Source: an uncultured Candidatus Planktophila sp. (lineage in GTDB: Bacteria; Actinomycetota; Actinomycetes; Nanopelagicales; Nanopelagicaceae). Taken from it: a DNA stretch of 49,879 bases. Below, one piece after another: positions 27,928-37,545 of the stretch; within the stretch, counting starts at the first letter, position 1, and each line of letters starts with the position of its first letter. The stretch covers positions 1 to 49,879 of the forward strand of contig CAZXVL010000002.1 in assembly GCA_964644425.1 (NCBI GenBank), read 5' to 3'. Made by a program: the position numbers and the translations under genes. The notes below the pieces were generated by a model that saw only the letters and a list, made by a program, of their open reading frames with translations, was not told the DNA's origin and ran no database searches.

Positions 27928-28726
27928 CCTCATCGGAGGAAGCGCTCTTTCTGACATTGAGGAATTTTTGGTACTCGGCGATGACCTCTGCAGGCTTTCC
28001 TCTTGACATCACCTTGCCCTTATTGAGCCAGACCACTTCATTACAGACATCTTCTATTGTTGCTAAAGCATGGCTCACCAAGATCAGTGCACGATCTGCA
28101 GAGCGGAGCTCTTTGACACGGTTAAGAGATTTCTCTTTAAACTTTGCATCACCAGTTGATAGGGCTTCATCGATAATCAAAATATCTGGTTCCACAATTG
28201 CTGCAACGGAGAACGCTAAGCGCGCATACATGCCCGATGAGTATGTGCGCATGGGTGCATCAATTGCCTCACCCAACTCGGAAAACTCTGCAATTGCCTC
28301 GAAATTTGCATCAATCTCATCGTTGCTCATTCCTGCTGCGAGTCCACCTAAGTAAACATTTTCGCGGCCAGTCATTGAAGGATTGAACCCAACACCGAGT
28401 GCAAGAAGTGTGCTGACACTTCCGTAGACATCAACTCGACCACGAGTCGGAGGAATAATTCCCGAGATGACTCGCATGAGAGTTGATTTTCCGGCTCCAT
28501 TAGAACCGATAACGCCCAGTACGGCGCCGTAATGAACATCTAATGTGACGTCATCAAGTGCATTGACGATGCGCGTGTGCTTTCGCCCGCGCCCCAAAGT
28601 CTTTATGCGCGCTTTTAACGTCGGCTTCTTATCAATGGAAGTTTTATATGTCAGACCAAGTCCTTGTACCGAGACTGCGATAGATGACTTGGGATGCTCG
28701 TGATTAAAGTCGGACAGCGAAATCAC
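27920..28726 (-). CDS. Polysaccharide/teichoic acid ABC exporter ATPase (Wzt/TagH type)
   Basis: GSNGAGKST, TGRENV, YSSGMYARLAFS, IIDEALSTGD, VSH. Confidence 0.93.
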   Translation of the reverse strand: MISLSDFNHEHPKSSIAVSVQGLGLTYKTSIDKKPTLKARIKTLGRGRKHTRIVNALDDVTLDVHYGAVLGVIGSNGAGKSTLMRVISGIIPPTRGRVDVYGSVSTLLALGVGFNPSMTGRENVYLGGLAAGMSNDEIDANFEAIAEFSELGEAIDAPMRTYSSGMYARLAFSVAAIVEPDILIIDEALSTGDAKFKEKSLNRVKELRSADRALILVSHALATIEDVCNEVVWLNKGKVMSRGKPAEVIAEYQKFLNVRKSASSDEDV

Positions 28727-29531
28727 GCTCCCTCGATAGGAAAAAGTAGGTACCCACAGAGAAGATCACCACTGCAAAAGCAAGTGAGTGAAGCAATGAG
28801 AATGTGGTTGGCGCTTGCGCATGAACCGTAGCCTGAGACCATGCGTCAAGAAGATAAAAGAGTGGGTTGGCAATTTCAAATTGTTTTATCTTCTCGGATA
28901 CTGAAGAAGCTTCGTAGAGAATTGGTGATAAATAGAGAAGGCTTCGAGTCATGTAAGGCAACATGCTGGAGATGTCACGGAAATAGACGTTGATACAAGA
29001 GAAGAGAATTGCTAGTCCGGTTGCAAGTAGAAGGGCAATCATGAGGACTGGAATCGCCCAGAGCATTTGCCATGAAAATGGCAAACCCAAGATTGCATGG
29101 ATAGCAAAGGCAACTATGAGAGTAGGAATGAATTTCAGAAATGAGACAACAACTGCCGAGAGCGGCAACATAATGCGCGGAAATGATGTGTTGAGAATGA
29201 GACGCTGGCCCGATGTGATCGCTTTGACGCCACCTGTCAGGGAATTTGCCACAAGGTAGAAGAGGAAGAGCGAGGCGGTGAGATGGGCAAATCGAGTGGA
29301 ATCACTACTTCCTCCGATTACAAAGATCAGCAAGAAATAGACGCCGGAGAGGAGCAGTGGATTGAGTACGAGCCAGAGCTGGCCCAGTACTGATCCAAAG
29401 TTCTGATTTCGAAGCTCTGAACGAGCAAACTCTGAGATGAAGGCTCGACGGCTCCAGAGTGAGCGCATGTATGAGCGCATAGGAGGCAGGCCAGCCTTAA
29501 ATGGCAGATAGGTAACCAGCGGCTGACTCAT
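28704..29531 (-). CDS. Polysaccharide/teichoic acid ABC exporter permease (Wzm/TagG type)
   Basis: SVLGQLWLVLNPL, FPR..LP, VYFRD, YLSPILY, NPL; six TM helices. Confidence 0.92.
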   Translation of the reverse strand: MSQPLVTYLPFKAGLPPMRSYMRSLWSRRAFISEFARSELRNQNFGSVLGQLWLVLNPLLLSGVYFLLIFVIGGSSDSTRFAHLTASLFLFYLVANSLTGGVKAITSGQRLILNTSFPRIMLPLSAVVVSFLKFIPTLIVAFAIHAILGLPFSWQMLWAIPVLMIALLLATGLAILFSCINVYFRDISSMLPYMTRSLLYLSPILYEASSVSEKIKQFEIANPLFYLLDAWSQATVHAQAPTTFSLLHSLAFAVVIFSVGTYFFLSRERDFAVRL

Positions 29532-29571
29532 AAGGTGAAGATTACCCCAGTCGCACCTTACTTATTCATTC

Positions 29572-30582
29572 TTATTCCGTTGCAGGTACGAGATTCTTTC
29601 CAGATGTGATGAATCCTGCACCCCACGAGAAGTGCATCGTTGGAATGATCGCCAAAAGATAGAGGTACTGAAGCGGAGATCGAGCAATCACCGTTGATGC
29701 AGCTGCAACAAAGAGTAGATAGATGGCAGCTGGTATGAAAAAGATTGGGTGAAGAGCTCCCAAAGCAAGTGAGGCGATGAAGCCAAGGAGTGCCACTGGC
29801 GGTGCAAGATAGCGATAATTGATTGTCCCCTTATGTCGACGAGAAACTACGCGCCTCCATCGACCATATTCGAAATATTGTTTTGCAAGTGCTCGCACAG
29901 AAGAACGAGGGCGATAAGTCACATGTAATCGTGGATCAAAATAAATCACTCCGCCATTGCTGCGTAATCTAAAATTTAACTCCCAATCTTGCGCGCGAGT
30001 AAATCTCTCATCAAATCCACCGATCGCAATAAGCGCCTCTCTTCGAAAGACACCGAGATAGACAGTGTCCACTTCTCCAGGAGAGCCGCCGGTGTGGAAA
30101 CGAGAAGCACCCACCCCTAATGGACTACGCATTGCGCCTGCGACAGATTTTTCAAATGAGGTATTCCCAACAGCTGCCATGACTCCACCAACATTGACAG
30201 CACCAGTTGCAAGAAGTGTTTGCACTGCATTGCTGATGTAGTCCTGAGGAATCTGTGCATGGCCATCAACTCGAACAATGACAGCACCCTTTGATGCACG
30301 TAGAGCGAGGTTTAAACCTGCTGCTGTTCGACCAGTTGGGCTTTCAACGACTGCGATTCGTGAATCGTTGCCTTGAAGTTTATGAGCAATCTCCAGGGTG
30401 CGATCATGGGATGGTCCTACAGCAAGGACAATTTCAAGTGATCCGCTGTAATCCTGAGAGAGAATTGAGAGAACGCAATCCTCTAAATGCTTCTCTTCAT
30501 TAAGAATTGGCAGGATGACACTCACGAATGGCAGTGGTGAGCCACTTAACTCGTGTGAATTCTGATCTACCTGTGTCGCCAT
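29572..30582 (-). CDS. Family-2 glycosyltransferase (ExoA-like)
   Basis: SVILPILNEE, VRVDGH, VDTVYLG, GGFDE...AQDWELN.R, QYFEYGRWR; C-terminal TM helices. Confidence 0.9.
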   Translation of the reverse strand: MATQVDQNSHELSGSPLPFVSVILPILNEEKHLEDCVLSILSQDYSGSLEIVLAVGPSHDRTLEIAHKLQGNDSRIAVVESPTGRTAAGLNLALRASKGAVIVRVDGHAQIPQDYISNAVQTLLATGAVNVGGVMAAVGNTSFEKSVAGAMRSPLGVGASRFHTGGSPGEVDTVYLGVFRREALIAIGGFDERFTRAQDWELNFRLRSNGGVIYFDPRLHVTYRPRSSVRALAKQYFEYGRWRRVVSRRHKGTINYRYLAPPVALLGFIASLALGALHPIFFIPAAIYLLFVAAASTVIARSPLQYLYLLAIIPTMHFSWGAGFITSGKNLVPATE

Positions 30583-30618
30583 AACCCCGTAACGCTATCG
30601 TGCAAGTAACCTACGCAT

Positions 30619-31734
30619 GTGAAATCTACTCGAGCAATTCGAATTATTACATCACTCTCTCTGGGTGTTGTTCTGCTCTCTGCCATCACCTGGTTCGGTG
30701 TTGGCCAGATCAGCGGTCAGATTTCAAGAATTAACGTCTTCTCAGGTCTTGAGGACCGCCCGGAGAAGGTCAACTCTGCCCTGAACTACCTTGTTGTGGG
30801 TTCAGATAACCGTGAAGGGTTAACAAAGGAGCAGATTCGAAAGCTTCGAGTCGGCGGAATTGATGTGGCTGCAGGAGGCCGCTCTGACACGATGCTTCTT
30901 GTCCACATCAGCAAAGATAGAGACTTTGCCTACATCGTTTCACTTCCTCGCGACACCCTTGTCACAATTCCGGCTCATATTTCACAAGATGGAACAACGC
31001 AGATACCTGCTCGCCCAGGAAAGCTCAACGCTGCCTTTGCATTTGGCGGTGCACCACTTCTTATTCAAACTATTGAGGCGATGACTCAATTACAGATAGA
31101 CCACTACATCGAAGTCAGTTTTGCTGGATTTGTTGGCGTTGTAGATGCATTGGGTGGAATCGAAGTATGCACCAAGGTTGATATCGATGATCCAAAGAGT
31201 CACCTTGTCCTGCCCGCAGGAAAGCACACACTCGATGGCTTAGATGCTCTCAAGTATGTTCGAACACGAGACTTTGATGGTCGTGGAGACATTGGGCGTA
31301 TGGAGCGCCAACAACAATTTGTGAGTGCAATTTTGCGCAAAGCAACTTCATCAGGAACTTTGCTCAATCCGATTAAGCTCGGAGATTTCTTATCGGCGAC
31401 TATTTCGACTGTGAAGATGGATGAGGGTGTAAGTAAAGATGATCTCCTGACTCTCGGTCGCCAATTGCGAAACCTCTCATCAGGAAACGTCCGCACTCTG
31501 ACCGTGCCGCTATCAGATCCCAATGGTCGATACCCTGGCGTGGGATCGGTTGTGATCTGGGATGAGGTGCTTGCGCCAGACCTCTGGAGTCGAATTAAGA
31601 ATGATGCCGCTCTTGTCGATATTGTCCCTGCGGCAAAGTCATCTGCATCACCTTCAGCCACTGCTACGCCTACAACGGTCGATAAATTTAAGACACATAC
31701 AGCTGCAGAGAATCCTTGCGCTGCCAATAAATAA
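30619..31734 (+). CDS. LytR-CpsA-Psr (LCP) glycopolymer transferase
   Basis: N-terminal TM helix, LVVGSDNR, RSDTMLL, SLPRD, KLNAAF, YVRTR, DIGRMERQQ. Confidence 0.94.
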   Translation: MKSTRAIRIITSLSLGVVLLSAITWFGVGQISGQISRINVFSGLEDRPEKVNSALNYLVVGSDNREGLTKEQIRKLRVGGIDVAAGGRSDTMLLVHISKDRDFAYIVSLPRDTLVTIPAHISQDGTTQIPARPGKLNAAFAFGGAPLLIQTIEAMTQLQIDHYIEVSFAGFVGVVDALGGIEVCTKVDIDDPKSHLVLPAGKHTLDGLDALKYVRTRDFDGRGDIGRMERQQQFVSAILRKATSSGTLLNPIKLGDFLSATISTVKMDEGVSKDDLLTLGRQLRNLSSGNVRTLTVPLSDPNGRYPGVGSVVIWDEVLAPDLWSRIKNDAALVDIVPAAKSSASPSATATPTTVDKFKTHTAAENPCAANK

Positions 31735-31757
31735 CTCGCTGCAATAGACTCCCGTAC

Positions 31758-33068
31758 ATGACTTTAAAGCTATCTGTAATCGGTTGTGGCTATCTTGGCG
31801 CAACCCATGCCGCATGTATGTCCTCATTAGGATTTGAAGTTGTAGGTATCGATACTGACCAGAGCAAGGTAGATCTTTTATCTCAAGGAGAGCTGCCTTT
31901 CTATGAGCCAGGACTCGACACACTTCTTGCGGCTGAGATGAAGACTGGGCGTCTCTCATTTACAACAGATTTCTCGGCTGTAGCAGATGCCGATGTTCAC
32001 TTTATCTGCGTCGGCACTCCTCAGAGCAAAGACGGACTGGCTGCAGACCTCACATATGTGCGGTCATCAGTTGCAGCGATTGCCCCTCACCTTAAGGAAG
32101 GCGCGCTCGTTGTAGGTAAGTCCACTGTTCCCGTCGGAACAGCGCAGGCTCTTCGTCAAATGTTGGCTGAAGTAGCACCTCAAGCAGATCTTGCCTGGAA
32201 CCCAGAGTTTCTCCGTGAAGGTTTCGCCGTTGAAGATACCTTGACTCCTAACCGCCTTGTAGTGGGCGTTGCCAACGATCGTGCAGAAGAGATTCTCAAA
32301 GAGGTCTACAAGCCAGTTACAGATCTTGGAACTCCTTGGATTCGCGCTGATCTTCCGACCGCAGAACTTGTTAAAGTCGCAGCGAACTCATTTCTTGCAA
32401 CAAAGATCTCATTCATCAATGCAATGGCAGAAGTCTGTGAAGCATCTGGTGGCGATGTCACCGTGCTTGCCAAAGCAATTGGGTATGACCCTCGAATTGG
32501 CAACCGTTTCCTACAGGCAGGAATAGGATTTGGTGGAGGATGTCTTCCAAAAGATATCCGTGCCTTTATGGCTCGCGCACAAGAACTCGGCGCTGATCAA
32601 GCTCTCGAATTCTTACGCGAGATTGACAATATCAACCTACGAGCTCGTCAACGAGTAATCGATGTTGTGCGTGCAGATCTATCCGATGATCTCACTCAAT
32701 ATAAAATTGCAGTTCTTGGAGCGACATTTAAGCCAGATAGCGATGATGTGCGCGACTCCCCAGCACTTGATATTGCAGCTCAGCTGCAAGCAGCTGGCGC
32801 ACAAGTTGTTGTCCATGATCCAAAGGGCATCGAGCCTGCACGTAAGCGTTTTCCTAACTTGGATTATGCGGAGAAGGTTGTCGATGCAGTAAAGGGCGCA
32901 GATGCGATTCTCCACCTCACAGAGTGGAAGGAATATCGCGAGCTCGATCCTGCTGTGATTGGCCAATTGGTGAAGTCAAAGTTCTTAATTGATGGGCGCA
33001 ATATGCTCGATCGCACCCTTTGGCGTAGCGCTGGATGGCGCGTGCATGCGCTAGGGCGCACTGACTAG
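31758..33068 (+). CDS. ugd: UDP-glucose 6-dehydrogenase
   Basis: VIGCGYLG, CVGTP, KSTVPVG, NPEFLREG, GFGGGCLPKD, FKPDSDDVRDS, DGRN. Confidence 0.95.
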   Translation: MTLKLSVIGCGYLGATHAACMSSLGFEVVGIDTDQSKVDLLSQGELPFYEPGLDTLLAAEMKTGRLSFTTDFSAVADADVHFICVGTPQSKDGLAADLTYVRSSVAAIAPHLKEGALVVGKSTVPVGTAQALRQMLAEVAPQADLAWNPEFLREGFAVEDTLTPNRLVVGVANDRAEEILKEVYKPVTDLGTPWIRADLPTAELVKVAANSFLATKISFINAMAEVCEASGGDVTVLAKAIGYDPRIGNRFLQAGIGFGGGCLPKDIRAFMARAQELGADQALEFLREIDNINLRARQRVIDVVRADLSDDLTQYKIAVLGATFKPDSDDVRDSPALDIAAQLQAAGAQVVVHDPKGIEPARKRFPNLDYAEKVVDAVKGADAILHLTEWKEYRELDPAVIGQLVKSKFLIDGRNMLDRTLWRSAGWRVHALGRTD

Positions 33069-33143
33069 TCACTCTTCCTCTTTGACAGGTTATTTCTGGG
33101 GCAGCCCCTAGCTTGCGCCATGAGCGGAAGTTAAATTATCGCC

Positions 33144-33446
33144 ATGAGAAAAATACTTGCCGCAACTCTTGTCGCTCTGTTAACCACTGCTATCCCAACT
33201 GCTGCTCAAGCTGCAGTCAAGGAAGGTGCAACCTGTACAAAGATCAATAAGACGAGCAAGTCGGGAAGCAAGACTTTCATCTGCATGAAAAGTGCTGGTC
33301 AATTAGTTCTTGTCCCTAAGTACAAGAAGTGCGCCGAGGCAGTTGCTGCTGGAAGAGCACCTATCGTGATCGATGAGGATCCAGTTCTCTACCTTGCAAA
33401 TCAATCACTTGATCGCGATAAAGACGGAACCGCCTGCGATAGCTAA
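33144..33446 (+). CDS. Small secreted protein with C-terminal excalibur Ca-binding domain
   Basis: Signal peptide (AQA-A), YKKCAEAVAAGRAPI...Y...LDRDKDGTACD. Confidence 0.85.
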   Translation: MRKILAATLVALLTTAIPTAAQAAVKEGATCTKINKTSKSGSKTFICMKSAGQLVLVPKYKKCAEAVAAGRAPIVIDEDPVLYLANQSLDRDKDGTACDS

Positions 33447-33450
33447 ATCT

Positions 33451-34398
33451 TTATTCATCAATCTCGCCACTCATATAGCGGCGGGCATGGCTAACTTCTT
33501 CAATTAAGTAAGCAAGGTCGTCGCCACATGCACTCACGTGGCCAGTCTTTGCTCCAGCAATCACTTCATTTCTATACTGATGAAAGTGCAACTGTGGTGT
33601 GCGCGCCATCAGATGAAGATAGGGGCGGTACATATCGCTCTTGTCTGCGCCCAGAACGCTCCCCGTCACAACATAAGGGTGGAGCATTGCTGGATCACCG
33701 AGGGGCAAATCAAGGATTGCTCGCAAGTGCTGCTCAAATTGATTGATGACTGCACCTTCTATCGTCCAGTTTCCTGCTTCATCCGGACGCATTATTAGAT
33801 TCTTTATTAAGAGCTCATTACCTCTTACGAAGATCTCCACTGTCATCACTCCTACAAGAGCGATCTCCTGCGCAATCTCTAGTGCAAGTCGTTGAGCATC
33901 GGCTGACTGCTCCGATGAGATGTTCTGCGCAGGTGTTATGGTGAGAGTTGTGATGCCCTCTTCTCTCCTTAGCTCAGATGGGGTCCATGAAACTGCCTGT
34001 CCGTGAGGTGAACGTGCAACGAGAACTGCAATCTCTGAATCACATTCTCCTCTGATCTCAGAGGCTACAGCTGCATCACTTGAGAGCTTTGATTGGCAGA
34101 GAGTGAGTGAAGAAGATGAGGGGTAGACACGTATGCCTGCCTTTTCGAGCCCTTTGATCAGAGATAAGGGTACTTCATCACTTTCTATTGCGATCAGGTC
34201 GCACTCTTTTGCGAACGCGAGAACTTGCTCAAGACTTGATAACTCACCCACACGATGGTGGGTTATTTGTGCGGCGCAATCATCGCTGCTTCTAGTAAAG
34301 AGATAGAGATTTACTCCGAGTGCTGTTGCAGGAGCAATCATCATTCGTGAGAGCGGGCCAGCGCCAATAATGCCTACCCGCGGGAATCGATTACTCAC
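33451..34398 (-). CDS. purK: PurK-derived protein with internal deletion and degenerate active site
   Basis: Actinobacterial PurK motifs ARSPHGQ, QFEQHLRAILDLPLGD and DMYRPYLHLMAR are present, but the protein is only 315 aa with no GYDGKG loop and no NE..RPHNSGH. Confidence 0.8.
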   Translation of the reverse strand: MSNRFPRVGIIGAGPLSRMMIAPATALGVNLYLFTRSSDDCAAQITHHRVGELSSLEQVLAFAKECDLIAIESDEVPLSLIKGLEKAGIRVYPSSSSLTLCQSKLSSDAAVASEIRGECDSEIAVLVARSPHGQAVSWTPSELRREEGITTLTITPAQNISSEQSADAQRLALEIAQEIALVGVMTVEIFVRGNELLIKNLIMRPDEAGNWTIEGAVINQFEQHLRAILDLPLGDPAMLHPYVVTGSVLGADKSDMYRPYLHLMARTPQLHFHQYRNEVIAGAKTGHVSACGDDLAYLIEEVSHARRYMSGEIDE

Positions 34399-34402
34399 CT
34401 GA

Positions 34403-35170
34403 CTATCGTAGATGAATCACATCTCCAACAAAGACTTCTCGGCCACTATCTAATATCAGCGCCCCGGTCTCTGAGATGCCTGTTGCCGTTGCCTTTATTA
34501 GTTCATCGCCTGGGAGAGAGATTTCAACCTCGCGACCAAGAGTGACAGATGCGAGGCGATATTGAGCCGTAAAGGTCTGACCTAGCTCCCACACCTGCAA
34601 ATTGACTTCAAAGAAATTAAGAAAGGTTGCAAGAATCTTATTGCGATCTAATTCTGCAAAATTAGCAATTGCAAGAGAGGTTGCATGCTCGACGGGAAGC
34701 TCATCGATTTGCATTCCTACATTGACTCCGATTCCAATGACTACGCCTCGCGGTGTTGCCTGAGAAATGATGCCTGCAATCTTCTTCTCAGCGATGAGTA
34801 AATCATTTGGCCACTTGATGCCAACGGTGACACTCTTATCTAATGCAGTAAGTGCTTCTTGCATACTCAATCCCGCAAGAAGAGGAATGAATGACCACTC
34901 TTCTCGATTGACTTTGGGTTCAATGTAGATCGAGAACGTCAGTGCCGAAGATTGCGGTGCAACAAATGATCGATCCAATCTTCCACGACCTGCACTTTGA
35001 AACTCAGCAGCAATAACGCTCTTAGCAACTGCAACTCCCGCCTCAACTCTTTCAACAAGGTCATCTTGTGTTGATCCGGTGACTTCAACCACGCTTACTC
35101 GCCAGTACTGCGAGATTTGTGACGAGATTGCATTGCGATCTAGTGGCGCTCTTGGCGCATCGTGGCTCAT
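34403..35170 (-). CDS. birA: Biotin--[acetyl-CoA carboxylase] ligase (no HTH domain)
   Basis: TGST, AEFQSAGRGRLDR, IKWPND, KIAGI, GIGVN, VGDVIHLR. Start ATG 35170, 7 nt after TAAGGT. Confidence 0.93.
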   Translation of the reverse strand: MSHDAPRAPLDRNAISSQISQYWRVSVVEVTGSTQDDLVERVEAGVAVAKSVIAAEFQSAGRGRLDRSFVAPQSSALTFSIYIEPKVNREEWSFIPLLAGLSMQEALTALDKSVTVGIKWPNDLLIAEKKIAGIISQATPRGVVIGIGVNVGMQIDELPVEHATSLAIANFAELDRNKILATFLNFFEVNLQVWELGQTFTAQYRLASVTLGREVEISLPGDELIKATATGISETGALILDSGREVFVGDVIHLR

Positions 35171-35200
35171 GGCTAGTACCTTATGCACATGAGCCATGAT
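35159..35200. promoter_or_regulatory. Bidirectional leaderless promoter birA/accD flanked by an inverted repeat
   Basis: Plus TACCTT (35177-35182) overlaps minus TAAGGT (35178-35183); arms ATCGTGGCTCAT (35159-35170) and ATGAGCCATGAT (35189-35200). Confidence 0.65.
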
Positions 35201-36760
35201 CTGCATACAACTTCAGGAAAAATTGAAGACCTCCGCTCTCGTATTGATGAGGCGGTCCATGCCGGCTCTGCGCGCGCCGTAGAGAAGCAGCACGCCAAGG
35301 GCAAGAAGACAGCTCGTGAGCGTATTGAGATGCTCGTGGATGCAAACTCCTTCACCGAAATTGATGAGTTCGCCCGCCACCATGCCACTAACTTCGGCAT
35401 GGAGGCGAACCGTCCATATGGCGACGGTGTTGTCATTGGAACAGCGACCGTAGATGGTCGCCCTATTGCGCTGTATTCACAGGACTTCACGGTCTTTGGC
35501 GGCTCACTCGGCGAGGTTCACGCTGAAAAGATCGTCAAGATTGCTGACTTTGCTTTGAAATCAGGAATTCCTCTGATTGGAATCAATGACTCTGGCGGTG
35601 CACGTATTCAAGAGGGTGTGGCATCTCTCAATGGCTACGGCAAGATTTTCCGTCTCAATACTCGCTCTTCTGGCGTTATTCCACAGATTTCACTCATTCT
35701 CGGCCCATGCGCCGGTGGTTCTGCATACTCACCAGCTCTTACAGACTTCACTGTGATGGTGAAGGAGACCTCCAACATGTTCATTACCGGTCCTGATGTT
35801 ATTAAGACCGTAACGGGTGAAGATGTTGGAATGGAAGAGCTCGGAGGAGCATTCACACATAACACTAAATCTGGAAATGCTCACTACATGGCCGACTCTG
35901 AGGCAGATGCTATTGATTATGTGAAGGCACTGCTCTCATATCTTCCATCAAATAACATGGATGGATCACCTGTCTTGCCTCCTACGGAATCACTCGAAAA
36001 GAAGGCATCAGATGTGGCACTGAATACTTTGATTCCAGATAGTCCTAACCAGCCGTATGACATGAAGATATTGATTCAATCTCTCGTTGATGAGGGTGAA
36101 TTCTTAGAAGTCCACTCTCTATATGCACCCAACATCATTGTTGGTTTTGCTCGCATCGAAGGTCAATCCATCGGCGTTATTGCAAACCAGCCTTCACAAT
36201 TAGCTGGAACTCTAGATATCGCATCATCTGAGAAAGCTGCACGCTTTTTAAGATTCTGCGATGCATTCAATATTCCAATTCTGACCCTTGTTGATGTGCC
36301 AGGATTTATGCCTGGCACCGAACAAGAGTGGAATGGAATCATTCGCCGTGGAGCAAAGCTGCTCTATGCATATGCAGAAGCTTCGGTTCCGCTAGTTACT
36401 TTGATTACGCGCAAGGCATACGGTGGAGCATTTATCGTGATGGGATCTAAGTATCTCGGAAGCGACATTAACTTTGCCTGGCCAAGTGCCGAGATTGCCG
36501 TAATGGGAGCACAGGGCGCAGTAAATATCTTGTATCGCAAGGAGCTTGCTGAGGCGGCCGATGTGGATTCAAAGCGTGCTGAATTGATCACGGATTACAC
36601 AGAAAAGTTTTCAAATCCATATCTTGCGGCTGAACGCGGAACAATTGATAGCGTCATCGAGCCTGAGGAATCTCGTCAATACATCACCAAGGCTTTTCGC
36701 ACACTAAAGACAAAGCGGGACATCTTGCCTGCTCGCAAGCACGGAAACATTCCTCTATAA
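35189..36760 (+). CDS. pccB: Acyl-CoA carboxylase carboxyltransferase beta subunit (AccD5/PccB type)
   Basis: [60 protein letters not shown]. Confidence 0.93.
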   Translation: MSHDLHTTSGKIEDLRSRIDEAVHAGSARAVEKQHAKGKKTARERIEMLVDANSFTEIDEFARHHATNFGMEANRPYGDGVVIGTATVDGRPIALYSQDFTVFGGSLGEVHAEKIVKIADFALKSGIPLIGINDSGGARIQEGVASLNGYGKIFRLNTRSSGVIPQISLILGPCAGGSAYSPALTDFTVMVKETSNMFITGPDVIKTVTGEDVGMEELGGAFTHNTKSGNAHYMADSEADAIDYVKALLSYLPSNNMDGSPVLPPTESLEKKASDVALNTLIPDSPNQPYDMKILIQSLVDEGEFLEVHSLYAPNIIVGFARIEGQSIGVIANQPSQLAGTLDIASSEKAARFLRFCDAFNIPILTLVDVPGFMPGTEQEWNGIIRRGAKLLYAYAEASVPLVTLITRKAYGGAFIVMGSKYLGSDINFAWPSAEIAVMGAQGAVNILYRKELAEAADVDSKRAELITDYTEKFSNPYLAAERGTIDSVIEPEESRQYITKAFRTLKTKRDILPARKHGNIPL

Positions 36761-36943
36761 ATGAAGTTTTCAATAGCTGCAGGCAACCCCACTGATGAAG
36801 AGCTAGCTGTGCTTCAAGCAGTCCTGGCCAACCGTAAGCCGGTAGAACTCAAACCAATCATCAAGCGAAGCGTTTTTGGCTTACCCCAATTACGCCAGCC
36901 ACTCCCCCATCAAGTCACATTTGGCGCACGGAGGTTTGAATAA
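36761..36943 (+). CDS. Acyl-CoA carboxylase epsilon subunit
   Basis: GNPTDEELAVL motif directly after the beta subunit. Confidence 0.8.
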   Translation: MKFSIAAGNPTDEELAVLQAVLANRKPVELKPIIKRSVFGLPQLRQPLPHQVTFGARRFE

Positions 36944-37545
36944 TGCCGCGAATAGTTCTTGCCTCTCAATCAACATCGCGAAAGAGATTACTCGAAGGCG
37001 CAGGCATCACACCTACGGTCATAGTAAGTCATGTCGATGAAGATACTGATTTCTTCAACTCGATGACCCCTGAAGATATGGTGATTGCACTGGCTATCTC
37101 GAAAGCTCACACAGTGCGTGAATTAATTGATTATCCAGCAATCATTATTGGTTGCGATTCAACTTTCGATGTAGATGGCATCTCTTTTGGAAAACCTGGA
37201 ACAAGAGAGGTAGCAATTGAGCGCGCAAATATCATTAGTGGCCGCTCAGGTCTATTGCATACAGGCCATTGCATCATTGACACCGCTCAAGGTATTGAAG
37301 TCGCTGATCGAGTAACAACAAAAGTTACATTTGATGTAATGCATGCAGATGAAGTTGAGGATTACGTTAGCTCTGGCGAACCACTTCATGTTGCAGGTGG
37401 CTTTACTCTTGATGGGTTTGGCTCCCCGTTTATTCCCGTTATCGAAGGTGATTACACCAATGTAGTGGGGCTTTCGATGCCATTCCTTCGTAGAGCAATG
37501 AAGCAACTTGGATACTCTTGGCCACAGGTGAAGGAGATGCGATGA
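36943..37545 (+). CDS. maf: Maf-family NTP pyrophosphatase
   Basis: [43 protein letters not shown]. Confidence 0.92.
   Translation: MPRIVLASQSTSRKRLLEGAGITPTVIVSHVDEDTDFFNSMTPEDMVIALAISKAHTVRELIDYPAIIIGCDSTFDVDGISFGKPGTREVAIERANIISGRSGLLHTGHCIIDTAQGIEVADRVTTKVTFDVMHADEVEDYVSSGEPLHVAGGFTLDGFGSPFIPVIEGDYTNVVGLSMPFLRRAMKQLGYSWPQVKEMR

Noticed and set aside
31200-31727. Long antisense or alternate-frame ORFs (e.g. 31200-31727, 26203-26655, 45896-46363, 37252-37716)
   Set aside because: They lie within well-supported genes, have no recognisable motifs and show the Ser/Pro/Arg-rich composition typical of shadow frames.
33451-34398. Calling the purK-like gene a pseudogene
   Set aside because: No frameshift or internal stop, both termini are intact, and the losses concentrate on catalytic motifs; kept as a CDS pending dN/dS.
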